Positions 1 through 12,417 of a DNA stretch of 64,000 bases are shown one piece after another. The notes beneath the pieces are model-generated. The model was not told the DNA's origin. It did no database searches and saw only the letters and a list, made by a program, of their open reading frames with translations. The translations under genes were made by a program, and so were the position numbers. The stretch's first letter is position 1; every line of letters starts with the position of its first letter. The stretch comes from Rhizophagus irregularis (taxonomy: Eukaryota), in the NCBI RefSeq assembly GCF_026210795.1, contig NC_089435.1, forward strand, positions 372,001 to 436,000. The letters are read 5' to 3'.

Positions 1-1209
1 AACATGGTTGATTAATATACGTTAATTTGAAGTTCATCTTTACTATCTATCAAGTTAAAATTTTTTGTACCTCCATCCACGTAATTCCGCAAATGTATTA
101 GCACGAGAGAGTGCCCAAGATGGAATATCGCTTACGGCAACATATAATGCCTATTTTTTTTCAAAAAATAATATAGAGAAAAATATTATTCAGGTAAATA
201 CTATAAGAATGACCAAAAGTCACGTAGTAGCGAAAAATGAGTTGCTTACTTTTCCACTTCGAACAACGTCATCTAATGATCTCATCATTTCTTCGATTGG
301 AGTTCGATATTCAAACAAATGAGCATATAAAATATCAACATAATTCATATTCAATCGTTTCAAACTCGCATCTAAATTTTCCACAAGACTTTTTCGATGA
401 TTTCCTCCTATATATTTAACAGTTAAATTATCAATTAACATTAAAAATATTCAATACCATATTATAATAGTTTACTAACTCACCGAAATTCGGATTGAAT
501 CTCTGATCCGCTTGCATAGCAGTTGGATTATCTGTAAAATAAATCTCGAAGATTATTGAAAATTCCGAATTTGAATGATATTATATTGATTCATACTCGT
601 ATATTTTGTTGCTATCACGACATCGGATCGTTTATCAGAAACGTAATCTCCAAGGAAACGTTCACTCTAATCATTTATTAATGAATATTAATTAATATTA
701 AATTAAATAAAAAAAATTAGTATATTAATACTTACTTCACCAAAATTGTAAATGTTGGCGGTATCTGAAAGATTCAAGTTATTTATTAAAATATTCATCA
801 TAATCATGACATGACCAATTAGTGACTACGTAAATTAAAAAAATTACCAAAAAAATTTCCGCCCTTTTCGTAATAAAGATCAAAAATTTTTTTCGATTCT
901 TTTTTATTAACGCCCACTCCCTATTTATAAAGTGTTAATGAAATTCAGACATCATTTTCATTTCTTAATGTAGAGTATATAACTTACCCAACTTTCGCCA
1001 AAAGTCTTAAATATACAGCATAATTGTGAAAATAATAAATGTTTAGTCAAAGATGTTCATAATAATTTTGATTAGCTTCAGTTACAAAAAAAAAATCTTA
1101 CCACAGTACCAAGACATAATGGAGAAACTCTCAATCCACTACGTCCCAATAAGACATAATCATCGAGAGCTTTAGTAGTTTTGACGGGAGAAGTAGAATC
1201 TTGAGCCAT
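1..1209 (-). CDS. Aldo-keto reductase (aryl-alcohol dehydrogenase-like), paralog 1; multi-exon, 3' end runs off the window
   Basis: ATG at 1209. Exon 1 (1102-1209) reads MAQDSTSPVKTTKALDDYVLLGRSGLRVSPLCLGTV. An 18-nt micro-exon at 988-1005 reads TFGESW. Later exons give GGNFFDTANIYNFGE, IATKY, GGNHRKSLVENLDASLKRLNMNYVDILYAH (AKR catalytic D, Y, K, H) and LYVAVSDIPSW. GT-AG introns sit at the same positions as in the other two copies. Confidence 0.9.
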
Positions 1210-3182
1210 ATTTCAAAATAAAATAAAATATTTTTTAAAAAAATTTTTTTCGTAATGTATGTATATATATATTTTTTATTAACCAACAAGATTTATTACA
1301 AGCCCTCTTTGATTAATAATATAAAAAAAATTTTTCGTTTGTCTATAGATTGTCTATGAAGTACCCAATATGAAAGATCGTGATAATTTTAAATTTTAAT
1401 ATGGATAAACTAACCAAACATGATAAAATTATAGAAATGCAGACGATAAACGATTATTTCAATGACGATCGATTATGGCATCGTATTGATCTATCAATTA
1501 ATCGATCAAACAATTTTTTGATGCCCTACTCTTGAAAGAATTTGAATTTGCATTATTATTTTCTATAATTTAATTTGGTCAATTAGTTATAAAATATTGA
1601 CGAACTAACCAAAAATGATAAAACTATAGAAATAATAATGTGACGTAATATTGCAGTGATTAACCTTAATAGTTTAGTTTTAATAACGTAAAACTTCTTT
1701 ACGGCCCTTAAATGTTCTTTTGCCGATTTGTTTAATAGTTCATATTATTCCTCTTGAATGGGATTTTGACATTGCATACCACACTTACTCACTTAGGGCA
1801 TTCTAATATAAGTTTCCTTGTAAGATATAGTGTAACCAATTAAATTAAAATATTAGATCACATGATTGTTTATTAAGTGTAACGTAAGATTTTTGCTACC
1901 ACCGGTAAATTTTTTAAATATTTTACCCCGTATTACATTTCATTTATTTTGTAAAACGTCTCACGGTTTTTGTGAAGACACAATATTTAAGTCATAAGAA
2001 GCAATAATTTTATTTTTAGGTCAAATCAATTGACGATCGAATCTTTTATATATCATAAAATTCTGCAGTTGAATCATTTAACAGCAATATCCAAATCACG
2101 TTCTCGGGATTCTGCGGAGCCCGGATCAACCAATCTACCAATATAACAGTTATTCTGCACTTTGTACTGAATAACTATTAATTATTTTTAATATGCTTAA
2201 CTTATAACCATTTAATTATAAATATCACGTGATACCAAATAAAAAAAAAAAAATCATCGACCTTCTCAGAAATGACGAAATTTTTAAACGACACATCATG
2301 AATTTTTTTTAAACCGTTTATTATATTCTGATTCGGATAAGAGTTTTACAAAATCCTTATACATTTAAGTTGAAGTGAATTTCGAAACAAATTAAGTTCC
2401 CTTTTTAACTGTGAAGGTTTTTTTCAACATTATTTATTATTTTAGCTGCGCCTTATTAATTCAAATTTAAATTCCTTTGTACTTTGCGAAAAACTGAATT
2501 ATTTTCACATTACACAACAGATAATAAAAAAATGCATACATTAATTATAATATTAATACAGTAACAAAAAATATTCAAATATTTATACGAAATGTTTTCT
2601 TATTTTTTCATATTATTATATGGGGAATTTTAATGACCGATATTTTTACGTATTTATTGGAATACTACTATAAATGTAAGAGGTTAATAATTTACTATTA
2701 TACTTGTATAAATGTTTTTGGATGAGGCTTTTCACTAAACCTAAGACTACAATTAGATTAAATTGCAAAACATCAATTCGGTTTAAATTGCATATTTGAT
2801 TATTTAAATATCACTTGCTAATTAAAGTTGAATCAAAAAAATCGGTTTGTCTCAACCTCTTCTTTTTTTTTCGATTTGTCATAAAATGTGTTTTTTCAAA
2901 TTTTTCGATATGTGATTCTATAAAAAAATATATTATATATTTTCCATCTTATAATCTTATTCATATAAATTTACGATATAAATCACAAAATCCTTTAGCA
3001 ACTATTTCAAAATAATATAGAATCTATCGTATAAATATAGTGCAATAAGTGCAGTATTTATATAGTGAGAAAATTGAATTTAAAATTAAATATTACCCCT
3101 TTTATATTATGAATATTAGTGATGAGTTCTATTATTCTACTTTCGCTCCATATTAAATTTAACAATTATAATAAAGTAAATA

Positions 3183-3379
3183 CAGTCAGCCCCCTTTATA
3201 GTCACACCCCTCGGGACCGAAAAAAAAGGGTGTGATTATAAAAAAAGTCATATGTTGTGACTATAGAGGAGGTTTTTCTAATATATTTATTAGTACATTG
3301 GGCCAAAATATGGAGTGCTTATAAAGGGAATTTTATATGTTGTGATTATACGGGGGGTGACTATATAGGGGGTCGACTG
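3183..3379. mobile_element. Tc1/mariner(pogo)-type MITE, 197 bp
   Basis: Imperfect TIRs CAGTCAGCCCCCTTTATAGTCACACCCC ... GGGGGGTGACTATATAGGGGGTCGACTG, flanked by TA on both sides (3181-3182, 3380-3381). Confidence 0.8.
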
Positions 3380-3528
3380 TAATTTCAAATAATACAAATA
3401 TTTCATGATTTAAAATTTTTATTTATAAAAAAATAAATTCTATCGAAATGATGGGAAATAATATTGATTAAGTTCTTTATTAAAAATACTCGGTATCTTA
3501 TGATGAATTCTTTTAATCTGTTGATGTA

Positions 3529-5025
3529 AACATAGCAGGCTTTCCGATTTTTGAATAATCACATGATGATCGGCATATGTATTATTTTTAGTTTTTTATT
3601 TAATAAATTATCTGTTATGGCGCCATAATAAATACTAAAATTCACATTTTCTAGTAATTTTTAAATGACGTAATACTGACATAATTGTTTATATATAGAT
3701 ATGTATTTTATTGGCTGGATATCATATGTATCGCACATGTGATAGCTGTACTAATTTATTTTAATTGTGCCACAAAAAATTTAATAGCAAAGGACGATAA
3801 AAAAAATTGATTCTTCAGGTCTTGTTTAAATATATTACAAAGGAATCTGGCTATTGGAGGTGGAATCCAGAAGTTATAAACACTTGAAACCTTCTTATAA
3901 AATGAAAATATGTATAGTACGTTTATATTATTTGGCTTTACAAAGAATTTTTGACAAAAAATAGTTGGAATCAAATAAAGATATATTTTGACACTCCAGG
4001 TTCTTCTTAAGTGTAAGTTATAAAGTTTTAAATAAGTTTAGTGTCAAAAAAATTCTTTATTGATAGAACTCCTTACCATTTAAAGGATCAGATAGGATTT
4101 TTAGAAATTTTTTTTCCTTTATTAATAAACTAATTATTTCTTCATCTTTTTTAGGAGTTGACTTATGAATTTCATCAGTATATTCTATTAAAAGCTTAAA
4201 CAACATCCTTTAAATAAAGTGAAAGGAGTTTTATGGCTACAACTATTGGTAAGAAATATAATTTAAATTTTGTGTCAGGTTTTGATTGTAATGACATTAT
4301 CGTTAATTTATCAACATACACATATGCTAAATGAATAATTTTATATTCCTTTGAAAGGGGTAAATGGGCTCTAATTTTGGAATCAAAAATCATGCAAATT
4401 GAATCATTAGATAAGGAGATATTTACGTTCAAATGCAAGAGTTTATGTCAAATTGATAGTAAATGTGTTGAGCGTATTTATTAAGGAACCAATGATTCAA
4501 TCAATGCGATTTTTAACTTTTTAGATAGATCTCATTCTCTCCTTTCAAATAAATATAAATTCATTTTTCTGGCATGCATATATGTTGAGTTATTTATGAT
4601 TTTGCAACAGGAATTATAATGGATTTTTAATTTATATGGAAGGTACATATTAAAATTCTTGAATTTATTTCAGATTCTAATAAAATTTTTTTTGCAAATA
4701 TATTTTATTAATATTTATTAGTTTGCAAGATTTAAAGTACGATTATTATGTGAGTTTTTAAATCTGCCAGTCATTTATATTAAAAAATTACGTAAAATGC
4801 ATTAAATTAAAAGTTACTACTTGCAAAAATCGGTCAATAATAATTCAATTTGAATAAAACTTTGTATGATTAAAATTTAAAGTGCAATAAATTTATTTGC
4901 AATATTTGAGGTCATATTAATATGTAGAAATTTATGCAATGTCTTGTAACGGCATTTTATATCATGTGATAAAATCGGAAAATGATCGGCAAATTAATGT
5001 GATAAATGAGAAAGCCCGCTATGCT
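3529..5025. mobile_element. Non-autonomous TIR DNA transposon (~1.5 kb) with 9-bp TSD
   Basis: TIR CATAGCAGGCTTTC (3531) / GAAAGCCCGCTATG (ends 5023). GTTGATGTA is repeated at 3520-3528 and 5026-5034. Subterminal ATGATCGGCA motifs are shared with the element at 25959-26591. Confidence 0.65.
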
Positions 5026-6446
5026 GTTGATGTATACCAAGTAAAGTTAAAAGATTACGCTAATAAATCCTTTGATAAGGATAAAAACAATACAAACTTC
5101 GCATAGATAACTGAAACGTGTTCTTTAAAAATGTTATAATATAAGTTTATATCATGTACGAAAAAAAATGCATTTCTAGACATTTCTAGACCCTAGACTC
5201 TAAGAATGAACTTCTACCTCGATCCTGTGATTCTAGACACGCAAATACTCCTGTTAATTCTTGCTTCAAAATGATGTATGATTTTCGAGAGATCGACCCA
5301 AATCTCCTTCCCGGAATCCATTTAATTCACCTGCTGTGAATTTTGTCAGGTTATCACTCTCAACAAGAACGAGATTTGTAATAACGTCCTCTGCTTCGTT
5401 GGGCATCTCAGTTTTCCATAAGGCTAAGTCTCTTGCCTCGTTATTATATAAGGAAGTTGGAAGTTGACGTCATTCCCAGTATTCACTCAAATAAGATCCA
5501 TGATTCTGCCACGATTAATAAAAGCTACTTATTTATATTCTGATTTTCAAAACTTCCCCCTTTCCAAGTTAATCATTGCGATTAGTAATATAGTGAAAAT
5601 CATATCCCTTTTGGTATTTTCATAAGATATAAAGTTTGTAGACCTTGGCAATTGCAAAGTTTTCACGCACTTACAACACTTTACTCTGCTGAACGATCAT
5701 AGAGCACCTATTTGTTTTTATCCCAGAAAACATCTAGTATTCCTTCAGAAAATCTTCTTTATTCGCATATGTGAGAGAAAACTAATATTACCAAAAAAAG
5801 GATTGTCTACTTAATGAAAAACTTGCTGTTGCAAGAAACTAACGCAGATATTTGTAAATAATATTATGTACAGACCGGATAAGAGGTGATAATTTATATG
5901 AAAAGAGTGTGTCCAAAGATTGTCGACATTTCTGTTGAATGTTTGAGAATAATTTCTTTGTCCTTATAACTAAAGCGAAATTCTTTTGTATTCCATAAGA
6001 ATCATTTCAGTAATCACGATTTTCTAGGAAATCAAGTGTTTAAGTCTTGCGAAAACCGAAGCAAACGCAAACTACAAACACGATATCGTCACTATCACCG
6101 TACTTCCAAAATTTTCAATAGAATCATATACGATATATCGATTTCCGGAAACATGTGTAACATGTGTTGTGTGCAGATTCTATATGACCTATATTTATGT
6201 ACCTGAAATACATTATTTCTTACGAAGTGGCGTTGATTATGTTGAAGCTGTACCTCTTAATTACACAGCGTTTCCATATTCGGGATCAAATAGACTCAAT
6301 TTCTATCTCAAGTGAACGAAGTGATCGACATGCATAAATTAATTGTGCAACAATATCGGAGTCGTAACTCCGAAAATGAATTTAATTTACCACAAACCAA
6401 ACTTCAAACAAAAACCTCTCCTTCCCTTTCTTTTTTTCACTTAAAT

Positions 6447-8123
6447 ATGGCGTGTTCAAAAATATTTTCAGGAGAATTACCCGAATTATTAAGCGATATT
6501 ATGCAATATTTTCGGAATGATTTTTCAACATTACATTCTTGTATCTTAGTCAATAGATTATGGTGTCATTTGGCAATTCCATTATTATGGGAAAATCCAT
6601 TTTCAATTATATCTCATAAAAATTATTATAACATTGAATATCATGAAATTCGTTTTATTGAAAATTATTTGATTAATTTAAATGATAATGATAAAATAAA
6701 ATTAAATGAATTTGGTATAAATCATTTAACTCCTTCAAATACATTATTTAATTATCCTAGTTTTATTCAACATTTAGATGCTCATTTGATTGGTGATTGT
6801 ATTGAAAACTGGGTTGCAGCTGTTAAAAAAAATGAACAATGTTTATTATTATTTCTTAAGAATACACAAAATTTAGATTTCATAAAATTTTTTCATAAAT
6901 TATTAATTAAAATATTCATTGAAAATAAAGCAAATTTATATGCTTTTGATATTACATATCATCATAAATATTTTGATATTAATTCTGAATCAGTTTTACA
7001 AAGTTCAAATTTCATTTATAATATCAAAATTCTTTATCTTGATATTAATGCTCCTTTATTAAAATTTTTAAGTTCTAATTGCAATTCAATTTCATCACTT
7101 CATATTTCAAATTTTGTTAAGTATAAAGATAGTACAGCTATTGAATATTTATCACAATTAATTAAATCACAAAAAAATCTTAAAAAAATTTGCTTTATTG
7201 ATGAAATTCCTCCAATATTATTGAATTCTAATTGTTCAAATACTTTAAACACAATTATATTTTGCGATATTGATTTTAAAGATATAAATAATTTAAATGA
7301 AGTATTTGAAGAATTAAATGTTTTAGAATCTATTCATATTATAAATTGTTATTCTTTAGGTTCTAATTTTATTCAACAAATAATTAATTCAATTAAACCA
7401 TTTAAATTAAAATCTTTAATTATAGATGAAATATTCGAGTCAATAGATTTATTATTACAAAAATCTGGAGATTATTTGGAAAATTTTGGATTATCATTTG
7501 AACCTAATACATTTTATTATGGTGTATCAGATTCACAATTCCTTGAGTCAAAATCAAAAATACTTAAATTAATTACAAGATATTGTACGAAAATTAAATT
7601 CTTTAAACTAACTGAATTTAGTAATCAGAACATCTATTTAACATTCAACTTAATTGAAAACATTAAACAAAACCTTAATTATCTTACTATTGATACAAAT
7701 TACGATTTTGGATCAGGTTTAGATACTGAACTTGGATCAATTATACTGCAAAATTTAGGTCAAATACTTCCTTTTAAATTAGAATATTTAGATTTGACTC
7801 TTGTTATGAATACTACAGATTTTGAAATATTTTTGATAAATTCTCACAATACTTTTATCGAGAAGTTATTACTTAGTAATAAAATGGATAGAAAACGAGA
7901 AAAAGTTGGGCAAGACAATATGTTATACAATATAAAAGAATATATTATGAAAATGAAAAGAGTTAAATACTTTGCTTTTAAAAATCATTTTTTCACTGAT
8001 GCTTATGGTCATAAAGAATTATTTTATCTGAAAGATGAAGTAAAGGAGTTTAAGTTATATAATATAGTAATCCAAAATTATAATGATTTGAAAATTAAAT
8101 TTTTCGAATTTATAAGTGATTAA
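6447..8123 (+). CDS. F-box domain protein with degenerate LRR/RNI-like C-terminal region (558 aa)
   Basis: Long uninterrupted ORF. The first ATG followed by F-box-type sequence is at 6447: MACSKIFSGELPELLSDIMQYFRNDFSTLHSCILVNRLWCHLAIPLLWENPF, then the LFNYPSFIQHLD motif. The ORF-track start at 6312 is GTG and probably not used. Confidence 0.85.
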   Translation: MACSKIFSGELPELLSDIMQYFRNDFSTLHSCILVNRLWCHLAIPLLWENPFSIISHKNYYNIEYHEIRFIENYLINLNDNDKIKLNEFGINHLTPSNTLFNYPSFIQHLDAHLIGDCIENWVAAVKKNEQCLLLFLKNTQNLDFIKFFHKLLIKIFIENKANLYAFDITYHHKYFDINSESVLQSSNFIYNIKILYLDINAPLLKFLSSNCNSISSLHISNFVKYKDSTAIEYLSQLIKSQKNLKKICFIDEIPPILLNSNCSNTLNTIIFCDIDFKDINNLNEVFEELNVLESIHIINCYSLGSNFIQQIINSIKPFKLKSLIIDEIFESIDLLLQKSGDYLENFGLSFEPNTFYYGVSDSQFLESKSKILKLITRYCTKIKFFKLTEFSNQNIYLTFNLIENIKQNLNYLTIDTNYDFGSGLDTELGSIILQNLGQILPFKLEYLDLTLVMNTTDFEIFLINSHNTFIEKLLLSNKMDRKREKVGQDNMLYNIKEYIMKMKRVKYFAFKNHFFTDAYGHKELFYLKDEVKEFKLYNIVIQNYNDLKIKFFEFISD

Positions 8124-8711
8124 TTATTAACAGTTAATATTTAGCAGTTTTACATAATAAAGATATTTTATTTTTATACTTATAGCTGCGACCCATCAAA
8201 AATTTAAATTTATTTATTTATATTTTAATCAGATGTGTATTTTTTGCTAAAAAAAAAGTTATTTCCAGATAATTTAATGAAATAATTTAATGAAATAATT
8301 AATGTTAACTAAAAGTTCATTTCTTTCTTAAATACAAACTAAATTCTTTCTACGTAAATTCTTCAGCAAAATACTAGATAAATACTAATATATAAACATA
8401 ACATTTTTCTTTACTCAAATTCCTAAACTACAGTTTGTTTCTTTCCAAAAGGTTATTTAAGTTATGATGGGTAATATTGCTTATTAGGCCAAATAAATCA
8501 TTGCTTGGCTATTATACAAAGAGGTTGTAAAGAAATTATGCAAAATATATTGAATAACAAATAATTATTTAAAACACCAGTTTGGTTTGGCTAAGTCTTT
8601 AAATTTCGGCCAAATGAATCACCATCATAAATTATGAAGATATGTGGCTTTATATATAATCAACTATAAATTTTTGAATAACATTATTTACTTTGATTCC
8701 ATTAATTAAAG

Positions 8712-10244
8712 CTACAATAAATCCTTTATAGCGATTTCAACACCATATTTGCATGTTCGCAAATTATTTTGTGCTACAACACTTTTGGCTGCTTTTTTGA
8801 ACCATTGAGTTGCATTACTCTGGTTTTTTCCCGTTCCACAACCATGTTCATAACAATATCCCACATTATTTTGTCCCATTTTATACCCATTTTTAGCCGA
8901 TTTTAAATACCACTCAAATGCTTTTTTCTCATCCTTATCTGTTCCTTTACCATATTTGTAACAATCTCCTAAATTATTTTGTGCTACAGCATTACTAGTA
9001 TTTTCAGCTGCTTTTGTGTACCATTCAAATGCTTTTATTTCATTCTTGTCAGTTCCTTTGCCATTTTCATAGCAATATCCTAAATTATATTGTCCATCAT
9101 TACATCCTATAATAGCTGATTTTGTATACCATTCAAATGCTTTTGTTTCATCCTTATCTGTTCCTATCCCATGGTCATAGCAATATCCCACATTATTTTG
9201 ACTCATTGCATTTCCATTTTTAGCTGATTTTAAATACCATTTAAACGCTTCTATTTCATTCTTGTCCGTTCCTTTACCACATTCATAACAAGATCCCACA
9301 TTAATTTGACTCTTTACATATCCATTTTTAGCTGATTTTAAATACCATTTAAATGACCTTATTTTATTTCTTTTCACTACTTTTCCAGATTGAAAATGAC
9401 ATCCTACCTTACTTTGTGCTATTGAATCATTTGATATCGCAGATTCTAAGTCCATTTCAAATTTACTCCTCAACCTATTTTTAAAAGCAGAAGATATATT
9501 TGGTTTAATACTAGATTCTAAAAACAAGTCAAATGCTTTTTTTTCGTCTTTTTGTGTTCCTATTCCATCCATATAACAAATTGCCAAATTATATTGTGCA
9601 TCTAAATTTTTTTTTTCAGTCAAACTTAAAAGTAATTCAAAAACTTTTTTATAATCAACATTTACATCTTTTCTACAAATTATTAAATTAAAATGTACTT
9701 CTAATTTACTTTTTCCGTCTAATTTTAGAAGAAACAGTAATTTATTTTGTTCAAGATCAGTAACAGATAAAATACTATTAATAAAATCTTTATAATAAAA
9801 TAATGATAATAAATATTTTCCAATAATCGTGTTACTATTTCTTAACAAATTGAATACACCATTATTTTTTATAATCAAATGTAATTGATTGTTATCTATT
9901 ATATCTAAAGAATCATAATTAATATTATTATTGATGGCAATTAAATAACAATCCAACGCCTTTTCCCTATTAAGATTACAACCAATACCAAATTGATAAA
10001 AATATCCTATTAAACTTGTAAACCAAGATTTATTTCCTTTATGGTTTTCCATTATTTTGAGAATTCTTTCAGGATCTTTATCATTACTTTCAAAGGAAGT
10101 TTTCATCCAATTAGTCGAAATCTTTTCAAAATTCTCAAAGTCATATGATTTAATAATGTTATTACGAAATTTTATTATAAGATTCTTTAAATAATTTTCA
10201 TCATCTATAGAAATATTGATATCTATCATTTTATTGGACGACAT
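8712..10244 (-). CDS. SEL1-like repeat protein (510 aa), no kinase domain
   Basis: Repeated AQYNLxxCYxxGxGTxKxExKAFEWYxKSA units in the C-terminal half. One N-terminal SEL1-like unit (LIGYFYQFGIGCNLNREKALDCY). Confidence 0.9.
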   Translation of the reverse strand: MSSNKMIDINISIDDENYLKNLIIKFRNNIIKSYDFENFEKISTNWMKTSFESNDKDPERILKIMENHKGNKSWFTSLIGYFYQFGIGCNLNREKALDCYLIAINNNINYDSLDIIDNNQLHLIIKNNGVFNLLRNSNTIIGKYLLSLFYYKDFINSILSVTDLEQNKLLFLLKLDGKSKLEVHFNLIICRKDVNVDYKKVFELLLSLTEKKNLDAQYNLAICYMDGIGTQKDEKKAFDLFLESSIKPNISSAFKNRLRSKFEMDLESAISNDSIAQSKVGCHFQSGKVVKRNKIRSFKWYLKSAKNGYVKSQINVGSCYECGKGTDKNEIEAFKWYLKSAKNGNAMSQNNVGYCYDHGIGTDKDETKAFEWYTKSAIIGCNDGQYNLGYCYENGKGTDKNEIKAFEWYTKAAENTSNAVAQNNLGDCYKYGKGTDKDEKKAFEWYLKSAKNGYKMGQNNVGYCYEHGCGTGKNQSNATQWFKKAAKSVVAQNNLRTCKYGVEIAIKDLL

Positions 10245-12417
10245 TGTTGGTTTTCTTGTTTAAATTTTTTTTTTTAAAAAAAAAATTATGTTGGAGTCTA
10301 ACGTTAACAATTCTTTAAATAATGCTACTGTAGATCAAAGTGGTACGACATTTTTGTAATGTCATCTGATACTTGTTGATTGATCAAATGACCATATTTT
10401 AAATAAAGATTGACATTTCTTACTTATAAAGTTAAATTAATTATGCAGATCCAATTCTTGGAGTTAAACACTTAAGCAATATAAGAAATTATCGTTCAGC
10501 CCAATAGGTTCATGCAGATTTTCATTGTTGATCATCATGTATACAATACAAAGTATAAATGCATAATAACAAAGAATTAATATGTGATAATTAAACCTTT
10601 TTTTTAAAAAAGTTTACTAAACACCACCAAAATATCTACCCGCGGATCTTCAAATCATTTATTGCCGCAGGTAATTTACATCGGCTAAATTTATGCCGAT
10701 ATGACTGTTTTAAAATTTTCCAATATAAATCTAAATACTAACAAACAACTAATTAAATCCTATCTAAACTATCTAAACTAGTATTCCTTTAGTCCTTTAC
10801 TTTTTTTCTTAAATCATCTATATTTTTCTGAATTAAATTATTAAAAAATTGTAAATTAATTTTTATAAATCGAAAACCTTAAGTGAGAGAACTTCGTTAG
10901 CTTGTCAAGATAAAGAATATGATATATCCACAATTAAGCACAAAAACTATGTCAAGAGAAATAATTTTTCGGATTTATATTAATTATTTTATTGAGTACA
11001 ACAAAATACTTCGTTCTATTCAATGATCTTGCGATGCATACACAATTATTTCACATAATGAAGATATTAACGTTAAAGGTGAAGATGATTTATATTTTAT
11101 ATTCATTTGAAACAGTAATTTAGAGGTACATTATATAAATAATTCCATAACTGATAACAACATCTTTATTAAATAACTGGTACATAGTTATTACTAAATA
11201 AGTCTGCAAACACTAAATATGTTAAAAAGCATGTTTATTAATCACATAAATTTTCTTCGCGGTAGTTTGGTAAAATTATTGTTCACATAACGAGATTTCT
11301 TGATACCGTCATATTTTCTATCTTGTGAAATATAAAGTATCTCCTTGATATGCCATAAACTTTCGTCAACGTTTCTGTTTCTAAATTATAGTAATTGTTC
11401 AAATACTTCAATTGAAGCAACTATATTTTTAAAATCAATATAATAAAATACAATTGTTCTTAAAGTATTTATTCAGTATTCAACCGATATCTCTCTTCTC
11501 TCACTCAATAATAACTATCTAATATTATATAGTACAGCTTTATATTTACTTTTCACTTGGTAATAAAGAGTTATGCAATCAGATGGTGTTATTGTCATAC
11601 TTCAGAGAAACTAAATGTGAAATGCGAGGTATGTCAAGACACAAAAAGATAAATATTGAAGTTTTCATTTTCTTAATATAATGTTGCGATCCGTCATTCG
11701 GATGGTTATCCAGATCATCCGTTATTTACGGATCAGCTTAAAGCGTCAAAGTTGGTTTTTAATGTCAATTTTGACTTATTTAGCAGATTTTTGTTTTCTG
11801 TTTTTCCCGCTAAATTTAATTCTGCCAAACATTAAATGATCAGCATAGAAAATTTTCTTTTTTTGGAAACCCATGTTTAAACACAAATAGAAATAGTCAT
11901 TATAAGTCTATTTTTAATGATTATTAATTCAAATTTTATTATATATCTGATATTATAGAATAAAAACTTAATTTAACCTTGGTCACCAGTTGTTGAGAAA
12001 ATAACGAAAAATAGTATAAGATTGGAATTTAGTATATATTCGTTATAAACGAATGATATTTTTAAGACTGTAACAAAAAAGAATTATAAACTAACAATAA
12101 TTTTTTTTTATAAATATGTTAAATAGTAATTTAATGTATTTTATCCATTCTTTTTTGTAAGAACATGTAATTACTTCCTTTTAATTAAATCACGTGAACG
12201 GCAAATTTTATCATTACACAATACACAATGTATTTTTAAAGGAATTTCTTAACGCAGATCAGTGCATCGGAAAAATTATGGCCCGAAAATATATTTTTTA
12301 TTGTAACTTCTACTTTTAGTTAAAGTATTCCTTTTAAGTAACCTAATTCATGAAATATTGAAAAAATTTTCGTCTTAATAATTTTTTTAGTAAAATAAAT
12401 TTCTAAAATAAAAACAA

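Noticed and set aside
6312..6446. N-terminal extension of the F-box ORF given by the ORF track
   Set aside because: Starts at GTG, and F-box similarity begins at ATG 6447.
11688..11740. Clusters of GGAT/ATCC motifs here and at ~44670-44810
   Set aside because: Probably subterminal repeats of decayed transposons, but no termini could be defined.
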